From the NCBI RefSeq assembly GCF_001194135.2, contig NC_068989.1, forward strand, positions 6,617,515-6,681,514: a stretch of 64,000 nucleotides of DNA. Reading direction: 5' to 3'. The stretch's first letter is position 1, and each line of letters begins with the position of its first letter. This stretch comes from Octopus bimaculoides (lineage: Eukaryota). Positions 1 through 12,761 of this stretch are shown piece by piece. The notes beneath the pieces are model-generated. The model was not told the DNA's origin. It made no database searches and saw nothing but the letters and a program-made list of their open reading frames with translations. The position numbers were made by a program, and so were the translations under genes.

Positions 1-746
1 ATATATATATATATATATATATTAAACTACTTAATTACTTTTTCTAATTTCTGTCACTCTTTCTGAACAATGGCCTCTGAAGTAATGCTATAGTTATCGA
101 TAGCTCAGGCTAATTATTTAGCATTTTGAAAAAAAAATTGCGCCTTGTTAATCAGAAAATATGTCACTGGTGTATATCTTGTAATGAGATCGGCGCTCTT
201 ATCATATTTTAATGTTTTACTTCAGGCAAGAGAAATATTTTGCAGCAGAAAGAAAAGTTGCTGTGAAGGTTATTCCACTTCACGTTGGATGATATTTCAC
301 GTTCTTTTAGAATATCATATGAGAAGGTTATGCAAGAAATAAATTTGTATCTCTCTCTACATATTTGTAATTTAACTTCTGTTATCTCACATTGGAAACC
401 TTATATATATTTCCAGCCCAACTCCTGATCAATTACTCAACCCTAAAATTAAAAATGTCGCAAAGTTTTATACACGACAACATAAGGTTATTAGCAAACG
501 AATGGAAACTGAAGTTAATAAAACTTGAAATCAAAGCGTAGAGTCATTCCATGCCCCCCCCCCTCAAAAAGCTTCTCACAAACCACACAAAATTGATAGG
601 CTCTGAAGACAAGTTTTTTTTTTTTACGGAAACAGATAAATTTATACAGATGACTCTAATAACATTCTTATTTTATTGATCAAAGATATAAGAAAACAAG
701 GTTGGTTCAATGTAACGTTTTGCAGAATGAGATCAACGAATGAGAC

Positions 747-998
747 ACTAAGACATAAACGCTGTGGAGCGAAGATCGAGAAATTTGTAGAAGCAAAACA
801 GTTTCCGAAAACTTACATTTATACTACACGCTTAAAAAAATTATTTTTATTATATTATTATTATTAAGGTGGTGAGCTGGTAGAATCGTTAATACACCGG
901 ATCAAAATGCTTAGCAGCATTTCGTTCGTCTTTATGTTCTGAGTTCAAATTCCGCAGAGGTCGACTTTGCTTTTCATTCTTTCGTGGTCGAAAAACAT
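747..998 (+). repeat. Copy 1 of a local ~250-270 bp duplication (unique flank + (ATT)n + SINE A 5' part)
   Basis: AGACATAAACGCTGTGGAGCGAAGATCGAGAAATTTGTAGAAGCAAAAC and the following SINE recur at 1753-2027. Confidence 0.9.
866..998 (+). mobile_element. SINE family A, 3'-truncated
   Basis: Head AAGGTGGTGAGCTGGTAGAATCGTTA, TTCTGAGTTCAAATTCCGC, GGTCGACTTTGC; preceded by (ATT)n. Confidence 0.9.
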
Positions 999-1752
999 TG
1001 TAGATGCTTTGTAGCATTTGTGATTAATTCAATGTGGAGGTAGAAATAGGGGATTAGAATGGCTGCCAGCCAAAAGGTCAGTGGTATTTCTTTGGCCTGC
1101 TGTGCCGAGCTTAGAGCTTCCAGTAGGCCAGGTCATGTTTGACGTATTGGAAACGCGAGCGTACATTCAATTCTATGGCCGTTACCCAAGAGGAGACTTG
1201 AAAATCTATCAAAATCAATTGACACTAAAATTGGTGAATAAATAGATGTTTCTTATATGAAAATTCGAATGGGAATTGTGAATTCTAACCATTATTTCGA
1301 CTATAATGTCTATGACAACTTCTCAAGAAAAACAAATAAAGAAAGAAACTAAGAAACGACATGAAAAGATAATGTAAAGAGAGAAAAAAAGTCAGCAGAA
1401 ATGTAGAAGGAAAAACTCCAACCACCAACGTTTTATTATTTCTCCATAAAATTGAAAAGAGCTTTAGAGTATTGAAAAACCGATTGCAGAAGCAATAAAA
1501 ACAGCGGTATATGCGGCATTTCGTTACAGGTACATAGCGAATGACTGCTATATTTTATAGCAAAAGAACTACGTTATATTCTTTACAATCACAAGAAAGA
1601 AAAGACAAATTGTTCAACAAAACTCCCCTTAGAATCTTAATACCATTATTAACTACACCTCCTCCGCTTCCCGCAAGATAAATTAGTGGTCTTGTAATGC
1701 TAAAAATGAAAAACATGTTATTAATGACTTTGGGTTGTTTTTTTTTTCTTTT

Positions 1753-2027
1753 ACTGAGACATAAACGCTGTGGAGCGAAGATCGAGAAATTTGTAGAAGC
1801 AAAACGGTTTGCGGAAACTTACATCTATGCTACTCGTTTAAAAATATTATTATTATTCTTCTTCTTCTTATTATTATTATTATTATTATTATTAAGTTGG
1901 TGAGCTGGCAGAATTGTTAACATGCCGGATCAAAATGTTTAGCAGGATTTCGTTCATCATTATGGTCTAAGTTCAAATTCCGCAGAGGTCGATTTTACCT
2001 TCCATCCTTTTGGGGTCGAAAAAACAT
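1753..2027 (+). repeat. Copy 2 of the local duplication
   Basis: Aligns with 747-998, including shared SINE variants CCGGATCAAAATG and TTCCGCAGAGGTCGA. Confidence 0.9.
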
Positions 2028-2110
2028 GTACCAGTTGAACACTGGGGTCGATGTAATTGACTTATCCCCCTCCTTTCCGAACTCGTTGGCCTTGTCCCAA
2101 AATTTAAAAT
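1894..2110 (+). mobile_element. SINE family A, near full length
   Basis: Family A head, body GTACCAGTTGAACACTGGGGTCGATGTAATTGAC, tail into (ATC)n(ATT)n. Confidence 0.9.
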
Positions 2111-2128
2111 CATCATCATCATTATTAT

Positions 2129-2430
2129 TGTTAATTTTTTTTCCGATTGATTTGCCTTTTAGTTCATCTTCTGACCGGGTCTCAACCAGAGAACTAAGGC
2201 ACATGTATATTAGATGGAGAGAACCATCTTGAGAATGTAGGTGGTTGACGTCAACACAATTTTTGGAGTCTCATAGAACAATTTTCTCTAGCCCTTAAAA
2301 CTTGGGGATTTCCTGGTATTTGGCCATAATATTTTCGGTGTTATCCCCAAAGCTCGGATGATCACGCTCACATTTGTTCTTAGACGCCTCGTTATTGAAA
2401 CCTCTATTTCAGCTCTAGAGGTGAATCATT
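2129..2430 (-). mobile_element. Decayed R4/Dong non-LTR retrotransposon 3' end
   Basis: Minus-strand translation with frameshifts gives EIEVSITRRLRTNVSVIIRALGITPK then YETPKIVLTSTTYILKMVLSI* (stop 2210-2212), resembling the R4/Dong C-terminus (VPVIIGALG...LQK.ALLGTA.ILRKVL); short 3' UTR runs into (AAT)(GAT)n. Confidence 0.7.
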
Positions 2431-2484
2431 GATATAACCAAGATATTCTGGGAATCTGATGAGCTCGCATTCTTTATCTGCACC

Positions 2485-2618
2485 TTTTACGTTCTGAGTT
2501 CAAATTCCGCCGAGGTCGACTTAGCCTTTCATCCTTTCACAGTCGAGAAATTAAGTACCAGTTGCGTACTAGCCCTCTCTCCCAAAATTTCGAGACTTGT
2601 GCTTAGAGTAGAAACGAT
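2485..2618 (+). mobile_element. SINE family A, 5'-truncated
   Basis: TTACGTTCTGAGTTCAAATTCCGCCGAGGTCGAC...CTTGTGCTTAGAGTAGAAACGATT. Confidence 0.9.
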
Positions 2619-3840
2619 TCTTTATCATCACTTATTTGTATATATACAATTGTACTGTATATTGCGTAGCATACATATTAATACAGGCTTGTGAACATAA
2701 TTCATTATACAGTGAAGTTATTATTACATGAATAAGACTACGAAACGGCCGTAACCCTAAAGATGACAAGGGATTAAATATAGTCACCTCATACTTTCTG
2801 ACTTTTTATTACCTCTCTCTCTCTCTCTCGATATATATATATATATATGTATATATATAAACTTACTTAGAAATTATACATATTTGTGTGAGTGAGTGTG
2901 TGTGTGTGTAACTGTGTGTGTGTGTGTGTGTGTAAGTGTCTGTATGTATGTGCGTGTGGTTTTTACATAATTTTGTTTTCCTTATGCCTTGTCATTTCTG
3001 TTAGTCTTGTGCCTCCATTTTTAATATACGCAGAAGTTTCTAGCTGTAAGAAGGTAAACATTTTTTTTCCTTGTTTCCTCATTGGCTTATTTTATGTAAT
3101 TGCTTATCACGTTCTTTGACCAAAGAACGTGATTAATTATATATTTTCGGCAACCTCAGCGAGAGCAATGTCTTTGAGAGAACATTCAACTTCATAATAT
3201 GTCACAAAAATACTTGGTTCAAAAACGTAAAGGCTTACTATACAAGCGATGTGAAAGTTGAAATAAAAATCATTGTTGATATATAGTTGCGTTGTCTTTG
3301 TCATCCAGTCATGTTCATGTTCTGTTGAAAGTCATTTATAGTTTAAGATATACTGAACGGCTGCAACAGAGAGCTGAAACCGTATCACTTCCTTCACTAA
3401 CGCCGAGAGCTATGCAGTTTGGTTTGTGGATCTCACTACATTTTGTACAATATAGTTCGACGCATCTAAACAGTCGTTTGATTGATTAGAAACAGAACCT
3501 AAATATCGATCAAATCATTCGTAGCCATCTTTAAAATGGAATGCTATATTAGACAATGAAATCCTATATGTACAAATATTGACTAAAATATTCTTTTGAA
3601 TTCATTTTGCCAGCATACAATGATTAGACTAGCATGGGATAACGAGACAACAATGGGACCTCTATGAGGTTGTTCGGTCTTGTACAAGCAGCAACTGAGT
3701 CTCACTCAAGTCACACGTTTTTAAAATATTGAAGGTCAAATTACGTTAACATACTCCTCAATACTTATACAACGGCGTGATTTTTTTTAGACTGCTGGAA
3801 TGCTTTTGAGTATAAGTCAGCGTCATGAATTTCATAAGGA

Positions 3841-3842
<2 letters not shown>

Positions 3843-3908
<66 letters not shown>

Positions 3909-3923
3909 ACGCACACACACACA
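3843..3923. repeat. (CA)n microsatellite
   Basis: Direct inspection. Confidence 0.95.
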
Positions 3924-4862
3924 CTATATTATAATTTAAATTTACAGAAAACAAAAGACGAAGTCAGGTATAGTTACAACAAGCAGGTGTATTAGTTTAA
4001 CGCTGGGGAGAAAGTCTTTTACGTTTATACCTGTATATTGGGAGAAATAAAGAAGTTTTAAAATACGTATGTGTGTATGTGGATTGAGAGAGAGAAAGAG
4101 AGAGAGTGCACTCACGCGTGAGTGCTGTTCTTACAAGGGAAGCGCAACAATCCAAAGTTTCAGTTTATTTGCCTTCGTCAGACTCAAGACTTAACTTGGG
4201 AATAACTGTCAATCTTTTCCTTGAAAAAAAACACATATATAAACACCCACATAAATCCAAAGGGACACACACACACACACATATACCCTATGTCTCCTCA
4301 TTGCAATTTAACCGTCCTCTAGCACTGTCAAGCAGTAAATCCTTCTCTTACCAATTCTTTTAAAATGTTTGCCTGACTAGCGGTAAGGACGATTACTAAG
4401 TCGCTATTGGGCTGGCCTTTCTATTTATGGGTATGTATATTTATGGTTTGGAACGCATTGACTATACAGAAGCATAACTATAGCCGACGTGAATTACAAC
4501 ACACATGTATAGAAGCAACGTTCTGATTCATATATTATTTATTATGATTAATAAGTTCGATATTTTAATAATCAGAGACTATTTAAAAGAGTATTAATTT
4601 GTTTTTGCTTTCGTAATTGTCGGTTTGATAAATAAAGGTTGAATAAAACACCATGTTATAACGTGAACCAAACAGCATCAGCGTTTCTGTCTCAATGTTC
4701 GCTAACCTAAATCAAGTATTGCATCTGCTGTGATCAGTAGACAGAACGAGTCTATATTATTCTGACGAGGCTTAATGAGCAAACAGTATCCAAACGCTAC
4801 ACTAATTTAGAAGCTACACATATAAACACACACCAACATATATAGACACACACACATACACT

Positions 4863-4914
<52 letters not shown>

Positions 4915-5447
4915 ATCATTTACTCTACAGATATATGTATGCACATTGCCTCGTTTTATACTTCAGATGTAACGGAGGATATTTTTGGTTAAGTTAAATG
5001 CTAACGAACAAAACAAACAGTCACAATTTACATCAGTCTGAAGTTAATTAGCTTCTTATAAATTTGTTAATCAGCTGCGGCTTTTTATTGACAAGTTCTC
5101 TCAGTGAAAAGATTTGTTACTAACTCAGGTGATTAGGTATCGGCCTTCAATTCAGCGTGTACAGGTTTTACGTGGTACCATTAAAAGATAGTTTTTTTTA
5201 TGTACGGTTTAAGCAGAGAGAGGAAGTTATCAGCCAACCAGAACAAGGACCAAATGCTTTGCAACAGAGTAAACTCCACTAAATGCTTCAAAGGGTCAAG
5301 TGTTGCTAAACTTTATGATGGATTAATGGGCTGTACGTCATAATTACCCGCAGTTTTCGTCCATCAATCTTTCTTCTTTACGCATTAATCGATCCGTGAA
5401 TAATGTTAAAGAAACTTGTTCTGTATTTTATCATCATCATTATTATT

Positions 5448-5997
5448 GAGTGAGAGAGCAGTGCATGCCATCAAAGTAACATTGGTGTAAAATATACGAA
5501 ACCCAGTATACATATCATGACTACCCCTCTAAGGGTACACCAGGTACAGTTATCACAACCATATGTGCATGACATGGTGATCTCATATCAAGATAAACAG
5601 CGCATAACCTTGCAGGTGGGGCCCAGTTAGAATTTTCTTCAGGTCGAGTAGCCCACCACGCTCAAAGGTCCCTGAATAAGGTTTGTTTTAAGGATGATGA
5701 ACAAAACACCCAAGTTTCCAGAGGTGAAATATTCAAACCCTAAAAACTTTCTCTGAGCACATGGCTATGATGCTCCCCACTACTTCTGCTCATGATCAGA
5801 GATGCACATATCGTCAGCAACCAAGGGACATGCTCAACTGGTTAAGGTCCAACAACTGACAAGCAAATCTGTGGTAACGAGCAGAATATTTGCTGTAGCC
5901 CGTCTTTTATACCAGCACAAAATATGTACATGATAACACTTCCAATCAATTAAGATCAGAAGCCATGAGAACCACTGCCTGGTACTGCATCAGGGCA
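5448..5997. mobile_element. ~550 bp non-coding interspersed element embedded in (ATC/ATT)n
   Basis: Sharp-edged higher-GC block between TCATCATCATTATTATT and ATTATTATTATT. Recalled as a common octopus repeat; only one copy here, so repetitiveness is not shown within the window. Confidence 0.6.
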
Positions 5998-6015
5998 TTT
6001 ATTATTATTATTATT

Positions 6016-6295
6016 AAAGTGATGAAATGGTAACATATTTAGCACGCCGAGCAAAATGCTTAGCGACATATTATCATTAAGACGGTGAACTGGCAAAATC
6101 ATTAGCACCCCGGGTGAAATGCTTAGTGGTACTTCGTCTGTCTCCATGTTTTGAGTTCAAATTCCGCCGGGGTCGACTTTGCCTTTCATTCTTTCGGGGT
6201 CGGTAAATTAAGTACCAGGAGAGAACTGGGGTCGATGTGACCGACTTAGTCCCTCCTCCAAAATTTCAGGCCTTGTGCCTATAATAGAAAGGACT
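6016..6295 (+). mobile_element. SINE family A with a duplicated partial head
   Basis: Partial head 6016-6070, then a complete copy ending GGCCTTGTGCCTATAATAGAAAGGA. Confidence 0.9.
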
Positions 6296-6462
6296 ATCAC
6301 TATTACTACGCATTTCCTCTCTTCGCTTTTTTGCTTTCCGTCTCATATTCCAATCCATGTACGCACATTTTTCCCGTTCTCCTTGTCCATCAACGTGACC
6401 CACTAAGTTTTCGGAATCCGAAACCAGTGATTTTTTTTAAACTAGAAAAGCAAACTTCTTAC

Positions 6463-6491
6463 CAGAGAGCCTTGTCCTCGCTCAGCTGATT
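6463..6491 (-). other. Candidate 29-nt non-coding first exon
   Basis: Runs from an Inr-like TCAATC (A at 6491) to a strong donor CTG|GTAAGA (GT at 6462-6461); contains no ATG. Confidence 0.5.
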
Positions 6492-6590
6492 GACATAAAT
6501 CTAGTACTGCGCAGCCTTTTATAGCTTTCGATTGAAATCCTCTGACATAACTGAATATCTAGCTCTGTTGCACACCCACTCCCTGCACAC
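6488..6590 (-). promoter_or_regulatory. Candidate Pol II core promoter (TATA + Inr + upstream CACCC and TGCACAC motifs)
   Basis: Minus strand CTATAAAAGG with TATAAAA at 6523-6517, first T 32 nt upstream of the Inr A; CACCC 6573-6577; TGCACAC at 6569-6575 and 6584-6590. Confidence 0.55.
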
Positions 6591-6825
6591 TCATGATACT
6601 GCAAGAGAAGAACAACGTCTTCAGCGACGCTTCTCCTCCGCTGTGCTGGGTATGGAAATAAGTTCGATCCGTAGAGAAGCGCATAAGTAAAAATCACATA
6701 GAATCGATATCCACTCATTTGATTATTAATGTTAAATGCACTGGGTGTGTGTCAGACATAATAGAGCACCATATTAGAAGCCTTAGGGTATTTAACATTT
6801 TTGTTTAAAGTTCTAAGATCAAATA

Positions 6826-6950
6826 ACGCCGGGATCGACTTTCCCATTCATCTCTCTGGAGTCGATAAGATAAACACCGGGCATGTACAAAGGATGACTC
6901 AGTAGATTATTCCTCACTCTAGAATAATCACTGGTTTTGTATCAATATAA
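6826..6950 (+). mobile_element. SINE family A, highly decayed
   Basis: CGCCGGGATCGACTTTCCCATTCATC...GGAGTCGATAAGATAAACACC. Confidence 0.5.
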
Positions 6951-7562
6951 GAAATCATTAATTACAGCAACAGATTTTACAGTAACTTTCCGATACACAC
7001 ATTTATCATCGAGGTCAAACTATATTTTAATATATTATACTTCGTCTCGTATTATACACTTTTGCTTATTTTCTGTTTCCCATACGAAAAATTGTTCTAA
7101 TCTTTTAAATAGTAATCAGTTTGAAATTTACTAAGAAATGAGAAGATTATATTTTTAAAAGATTTAGTCATGAACAGCTTTTATTTAGCTTCTCATTTGA
7201 ATTATATTTTTGTTTTTCAAATGTTTCTCAACGTGAGATATTCTTGCTTGAGGACTGTTCTGCTTGTTGCTATTAGACAGTGGGAGTCAGCTTATAGCCA
7301 TGCATTTTAAACGATTTTAAATATCTACGAAATTTTGTCTCTTGTGTTTCCCGACAGATTATCTCTTACATGCAAAGTCTATTATGCTGCATTGTTTTAG
7401 ATTAGTGCTGACACAGTCAATAAACGAATTGAAATTTAACTGTCCAAGTTCAAACAAAAGAGAGACTAAATTGTTATTGACATGTTGTATTGGTTCGGAG
7501 TTGTAGTGACAATTGTAGCATCGCTCAAGTATTTTTTTCGATTATTTTAATCATTAAAAATT

Positions 7563-7962
7563 GTTTTTCGTTGCTTCAATCATTAGAAGGCAGCCATGCT
7601 TTGTCACCGCCTTGAAAAAGTTTTATACGAATGAGCCGAACTCTGTACCTTTAATTTATTTTCTCAAATTCTGGTACTTTTTCTACGGTGTCAATTTTGA
7701 AACGTCTAAGTTATGGAGACATAACCACACCGACACCGGTTGTGTAGTGAGGACAGCGGACGAACACAGACACAAAAACACACACAACACACACACACAT
7801 TTTTTTTTTACTACGAGCTTTTTTCAATTTTCGTCTACTAAATCCACCGAGTAAGCTTTGCTCGGCCCGACGCTATAGTAAAAATCACTTGTCGAAGGTA
7901 CGACCCATTGGGACTGAACCCGGAACCATGTGGTTTGAAAGCCACTTATTACCACATAGACA
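7563..7962 (-). mobile_element. SINE family B (tRNA head, CORE-like centre, internal microsatellite), decayed
   Basis: GGGACTGAACCCGGAACCATGTGG, CACTTGTCGAAGGT, internal (CA)n, 3' part TTCAATCATT...CCATGCT...CACCGCCTTGAA. Confidence 0.85.
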
Positions 7963-7984
7963 TCGTTTACTTTTATTTATCTTT

Positions 7985-8426
7985 TAGGTGTTTCATTGGA
8001 CTGCGGCCATGCTGCAGCACCGCCTTGAAGGGTTTAGTCGAATAAACTGCCCCCACTACGTATTTGAAATTATCGTACTTATTCTATCAGTGACATCCTG
8101 CCGAGCCACTAAGTTACAGAGACATTAATAAACCAACAGCAGCTGTCACGTGTTGGGGGATTAACACAAACACAAAGATATCCCTCGCACACACACATAT
8201 TTATATATGAATATATATATATATATACATTCATATGTAGACGTGTGTGTGGGGGGGGGGGACAGGTTTCCGTGCAGTCTCCGTCCACCAAATTCATTCA
8301 CAGGGCATAAGTCGGGGTTCAGTGCCATAATAAAAGAAATACACTTGCTCAAGGTGCCGCACTGTGGGGCTGAGTCCAAAACGAATATGATTGTAAGGCA
8401 TGCGCCTTAGCCCACTAGCCATGTCT
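7985..8426 (-). mobile_element. SINE family B, tandem second copy
   Basis: CATTGGACTGCGGCCATGCTGCAGCACCGCC...CACTTGCTCAAGGTGCCGCACTGTGGGGCTGAGTCC. Confidence 0.85.
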
Positions 8427-9769
8427 AATATGGATATATTATCTTTTTGTTCTCTATTCAAGATTAATTGCATTTTCTCTCTAAGCAGTCTGGAATTCTC
8501 AACATGAAACAACTGATATTTCTCCCTCCGCCTCCACTGATTGCTGACTATCCGGTATATATTTGAATGCAAAATGACGTTTACTGAAATTGAAATATCC
8601 ATGTCTTTTATCTAAGAAGAGGATGGTATACTCATTTATTGCAAGAGAGGAGAGCTGCATGAAGGGGAGATAACAACACTATTTCATTTTCCGTTGGTGA
8701 CTATTCGGCTTCTCTTTGTGCTTTCGTTGAAAAATTTCAGTTTTTAGAAATTAGAAAATGGATCTTAAAAGCACCAAAAACAAGGAATGAAAGGTAAATA
8801 AATTAATAGCGCTTTACACGAGGAGAATACGGACTCTTAATTACAGGTTGAATACTTTTTTGATATTCTATAATTAATATGAATTTGATTCGCTTTATAC
8901 ACTTTATATTTTAATTTGTGTATCTATTTTGTCTTGTGTATTTCTTGAAAGGTGTGTGTGTTTGCATGATTCTATCATTTGATCTTAAATTAATCTTAGA
9001 AAAGTCGTTTTTGATAAGTACTCGTTTCCTTCGTGAATGTTTTTGCTTTTTTGTTTTTCGCCAGTTTGTTTATGAAGAATCCAAACGCTCTGCAAGAATG
9101 TGAATTATCACTGACAACGCCAACATCAAGATTAATGGTCTATTGAATTCAGAGAAGAATTACATTTCAAGAAGTAACATTTTCAAAGAAAATTTCATAG
9201 TTTGTACGCAGCTGTTGTTGTCTGTATAGCAAAATCAAAGCTGTGTGTAGATGTTAGGGGGGAATTAAATCATATGAACAATGGTTTAAAGTGTGTAATC
9301 TTGGAAGAATAACTTTTCTTTATTCCATGCTCAAGGCTGAACATTCTAAATTTATTTCTGTCTTATTCCTTCTATTCGATGCCTTTTTCAGGATTAATTC
9401 CATTTTCTCATTTCTACGAGCTAAAATTTATCAACCTGAGCACAAAGAAAACTGGCAACATCTCTGGCTTGATACTGTGTATACAATATTCCTCTGCATC
9501 TCGTTCACTTCGCCTTTTCCTGCAGTAAATAAGTCAAACCAGATTTTATTTAAATAAAAGGGCTCGAGAATATGAATTTCAACGAAACGATTCATGAGCA
9601 TAAATTAAACCTGATGTTCTCCAGAGAAACTGCGGTCGCTATTTGCAGTAAATTTTTGGTTTGGAGGAACTGGAGAAGGAATTCATTTCTGACCAGGTCA
9701 CAACACTGAAGGAAGATCCGGGAAATGTAGAACACGCACGCGCGCACGCACACACACGCGCGCGCGCGC

Positions 9770-9920
9770 ATATGGCTGGGTGGTAAGAAGATTTCGTTTC
9801 AATCACACGGTTCTCAGGACAGTTCCACTACGTGGCATCTTGGGCAAGTTTCTTCTAATATAATTTCGGGCTAACCAAAGCCCTTTGAGTGGACTTGGTA
9901 AACGGAAACTGAAACACATC
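9770..9920 (+). mobile_element. SINE family B, 5' half
   Basis: TGGCTGGGTGGTAAGAAG...GGCATCTTGGGCAAGTTTCTTCT...AAACGGAAACTGAAA then (TA)/(TG)n. Confidence 0.85.
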
Positions 9921-9961
9921 ATATATATATGTGTGTGCGTGTGCGTGTGCGTGTGCAGTGT

Positions 9962-9992
<31 letters not shown>

Positions 9993-10261
9993 GGAAGAGA
10001 GAGCATGAGAGAGAGAAAGAGACAGAAAAGCGAAGTGCGCTACAAACTATTATACAAACTATCATAATGAGTTCGAGCCACGTTACATCCTCACTGTAGT
10101 AGTATATTGTAGCTTATCGCGCACCAATAGAGTTCCGAGCTATCATGTAGGGGAAAGAGACACATATAGTCTAAAAGAATAACGAAAGAAGAGATTATTG
10201 GTATTTCAATGATTTCATTACAGCCGTTTCAATATTCTATAATCAGAACCTCATTACCGTC

Positions 10262-10608
10262 TGCCTGCTTCAGTCATTGGACTGCGGCCAAGCAGGTGCA
10301 CCACCTTGACGGCTTTAGATAAAGAAATCGAATCCATTACATGTTTTTAATGTGATATTTATTCTATCGACTTCTTTTGCCCTACCGTGAGCTTACGGGA
10401 AAATAACCTAACCGGTACAACTTTTGAAGCGGTCGTAAGGGACTCACAAACTTAAAGATACACACACGTATACATATATACACACATACACTCATACACG
10501 ACCAGGTCAATGGTTGAAGTCACTTGCCCAAGGCTCTTTACAGTGGGACAAACCCCGAAACCATGTGGTTGCAAGCGTGCTTCCTAAGCACAAAGTCATG
10601 TCTGTGCC
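10262..10608 (-). mobile_element. SINE family B, decayed
   Basis: CTTCAGTCATTGGACTGCGGCC...CACTTGCCCAAGG...CCGAAACCATGTGGTTGC. Confidence 0.8.
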
Positions 10609-11227
10609 TTGAACGAAAATAATCAATAATCGGTAATTATATATATATATATATATAATCGAAGCACCTTAAACCTTATATATATATATATATATTATAT
10701 ATATATATATATAGACACGTGTTATGCATCTATCAATGATAGGAAGAATGAGGGGAAAGGGTGAAATGACGACAAGTGTAATTAATGATATAAACGATTG
10801 ACCAGAAGAATCTATCACAATTTAGGTTATATGATTAAGGAGTGACGGTGACATATGTAAAAGGTAGGTCACTGGAATAAACTGACGCATAGCATAAAGT
10901 AAAAATAAAAGCAAAAACAAAAGTGGTTAAATTGGTAAAAGAAAAAAATATATTTAAGTAGAACGAAGGACATAGGGCAATGAAACACGCAGACAAATCA
11001 AAATAAAACAAAATTGTATTGGTGAGATCAAAGAATATGCCGGAAGAATACGAAGTCGTAAAGTCTTTTCATCCATTAAGTTGTAAGGTGTTGAAGGAAA
11101 CACAAGGGACCAACAACTACACACACACACTTGTGAACACAAACATGTATACTGGTATATAGCATCTACACACATACATGTACGAACACACAATAGTTAT
11201 TTCCATACACACGCACACACACATGTT

Positions 11228-11228
<1 letters not shown>

Positions 11229-11313
<85 letters not shown>
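11229..11313. repeat. (TG)n microsatellite
   Basis: Direct inspection. Confidence 0.95.
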
Positions 11314-11316
<3 letters not shown>

Positions 11317-11854
11317 ATATATATGTAATTATATACGTATGCATGTATATACGTACACAAACATGCATATATGGACTAATAATGTGTATATAAATGTGCA
11401 CATAATGGCGCAGATATATAATATACTTAGATAATAGCTACATATACAAACACAGACACACACATACTTACGTATACACGTGTGCGTATTTAGAACTACA
11501 CAGACATTTATGAGAACAATCAAAGACACACGCCACCTATAGGACGAATACGGAATTTTATTTGGTTTTGGCAATGTTTTTTTCCATTACGTATGGTACC
11601 CAGGTGGCTATTTTAATCTTATATTGCTTCTGCTGCATATAACGAATTTGTGTTCAGCCAGGCGGCTCTTTTGCTACATCAGTGATTGTTTGTTTCCTAT
11701 TTCCCGATAGCGATAGCTAAAGATTTCGATTTTGTATGAGACTGGCTGTAAGTACAAGCAACTGACAACGCCCAACGAAACAGAAATACGTATCTAGTCT
11801 TTCCGCCGGTTGCCGGACGATTTTAGCCTGTTTCCGATATACTGTATTTAATGT

Positions 11855-12074
11855 AATAATCTTCTCTACTCTAGGCACAAGGCCCGAAATTTTGGTGGAC
11901 GTGGCTAGTCGATTAGATCGACTCCAGTGCGTAACTGGTACTTAATTTATCGACCCCGAAAGGATGAAAGGCAAAGTCGGCCTCGGTGGAATTTTGAACT
12001 CAGAACGTAAAGACAGACGAAATACCGCTAAGCATTTCGCCCGGCGTGCTAACGTTTCTGCCAGCACGCCGCTT
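11855..12074 (-). mobile_element. SINE family A, full length, low divergence
   Basis: CTACTCTAGGCACAAGGCCCGAAA...GCATTTCGCCCGGCGTGCTAACGTTTCTGCCAGC. Confidence 0.95.
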
Positions 12075-12565
12075 TATCACAGTTAAGAATTGAGAATTTC
12101 AGTATATCTTATACTAATTCAGTTATAATAAAAAAGATGTCATAAATATATTAGTAACTTCTCTTCATATATCATAGCTTTATAATAATCACTAGAGTTG
12201 ATTTTATTCTAGTTTTGGAATAGAAACGGTGTCGATAATAACTTAAGGCAACTCTATTCATTAGCTGTCTCACAAGAAGACTCGAACAAACGAAATTCAT
12301 ACATTTTAAAGTGTTAGTCGTAATTGTATTGAAAATGCTATCAGCTCTGCAGCAACTGTTACTGTCATTTAAAAACTGAACAATGCCTCTCTGTTGTATT
12401 AATGTGCACGTAGGTCGATTGAACTACAGAAATTTTACTCTTTCCACCATAAAGACGGAACAGAGATTTTCATAGGTTATATATCACTAGCACCTTATTT
12501 ATCCACCCGAATCTCAAGTTGAGCGACTGTGTTGTATCCATTCTCATCCATACGTATATCATTAC

Positions 12566-12613
<48 letters not shown>

Positions 12614-12726
12614 NNNNNNNNNNTTCGAAATTATCCCTAATTTTGTGGTGTAGAGCTTTGGCTGCTCTTTCTAGCGGGTCAGATGTCCTTTTATAGGCAT
12701 CTCTAATGTGTATTAAATGTACACTG

Positions 12727-12758
<32 letters not shown>

Positions 12759-12761
12759 TTT

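Noticed and set aside
2456-2462. CTGATGA as a hammerhead core (also 31784-31790 and minus strand near 28864)
   Set aside because: No paired stem followed by GAAA and no matching stems I/III.
4108-4125. Perfect 18-bp palindrome GCACTCACGCGTGAGTGC
   Set aside because: A 9-bp-arm palindrome is not improbable in a window of this size, and it has no supporting context.
226-4992. Plus-strand micro-exon chain (acceptors before 226, 3034 and 4967) that could be joined into a VAVKKFL-containing peptide
   Set aside because: It needs a weak donor (GTTATT), ends in an early stop, and such splice-like sites are frequent in AT-rich DNA.
6482-6718. 78-aa ORF resembling a secreted precursor (hydrophobic start, RRR)
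   Set aside because: No recognisable family, and it overlaps the TATA/Inr module, which explains the region better.
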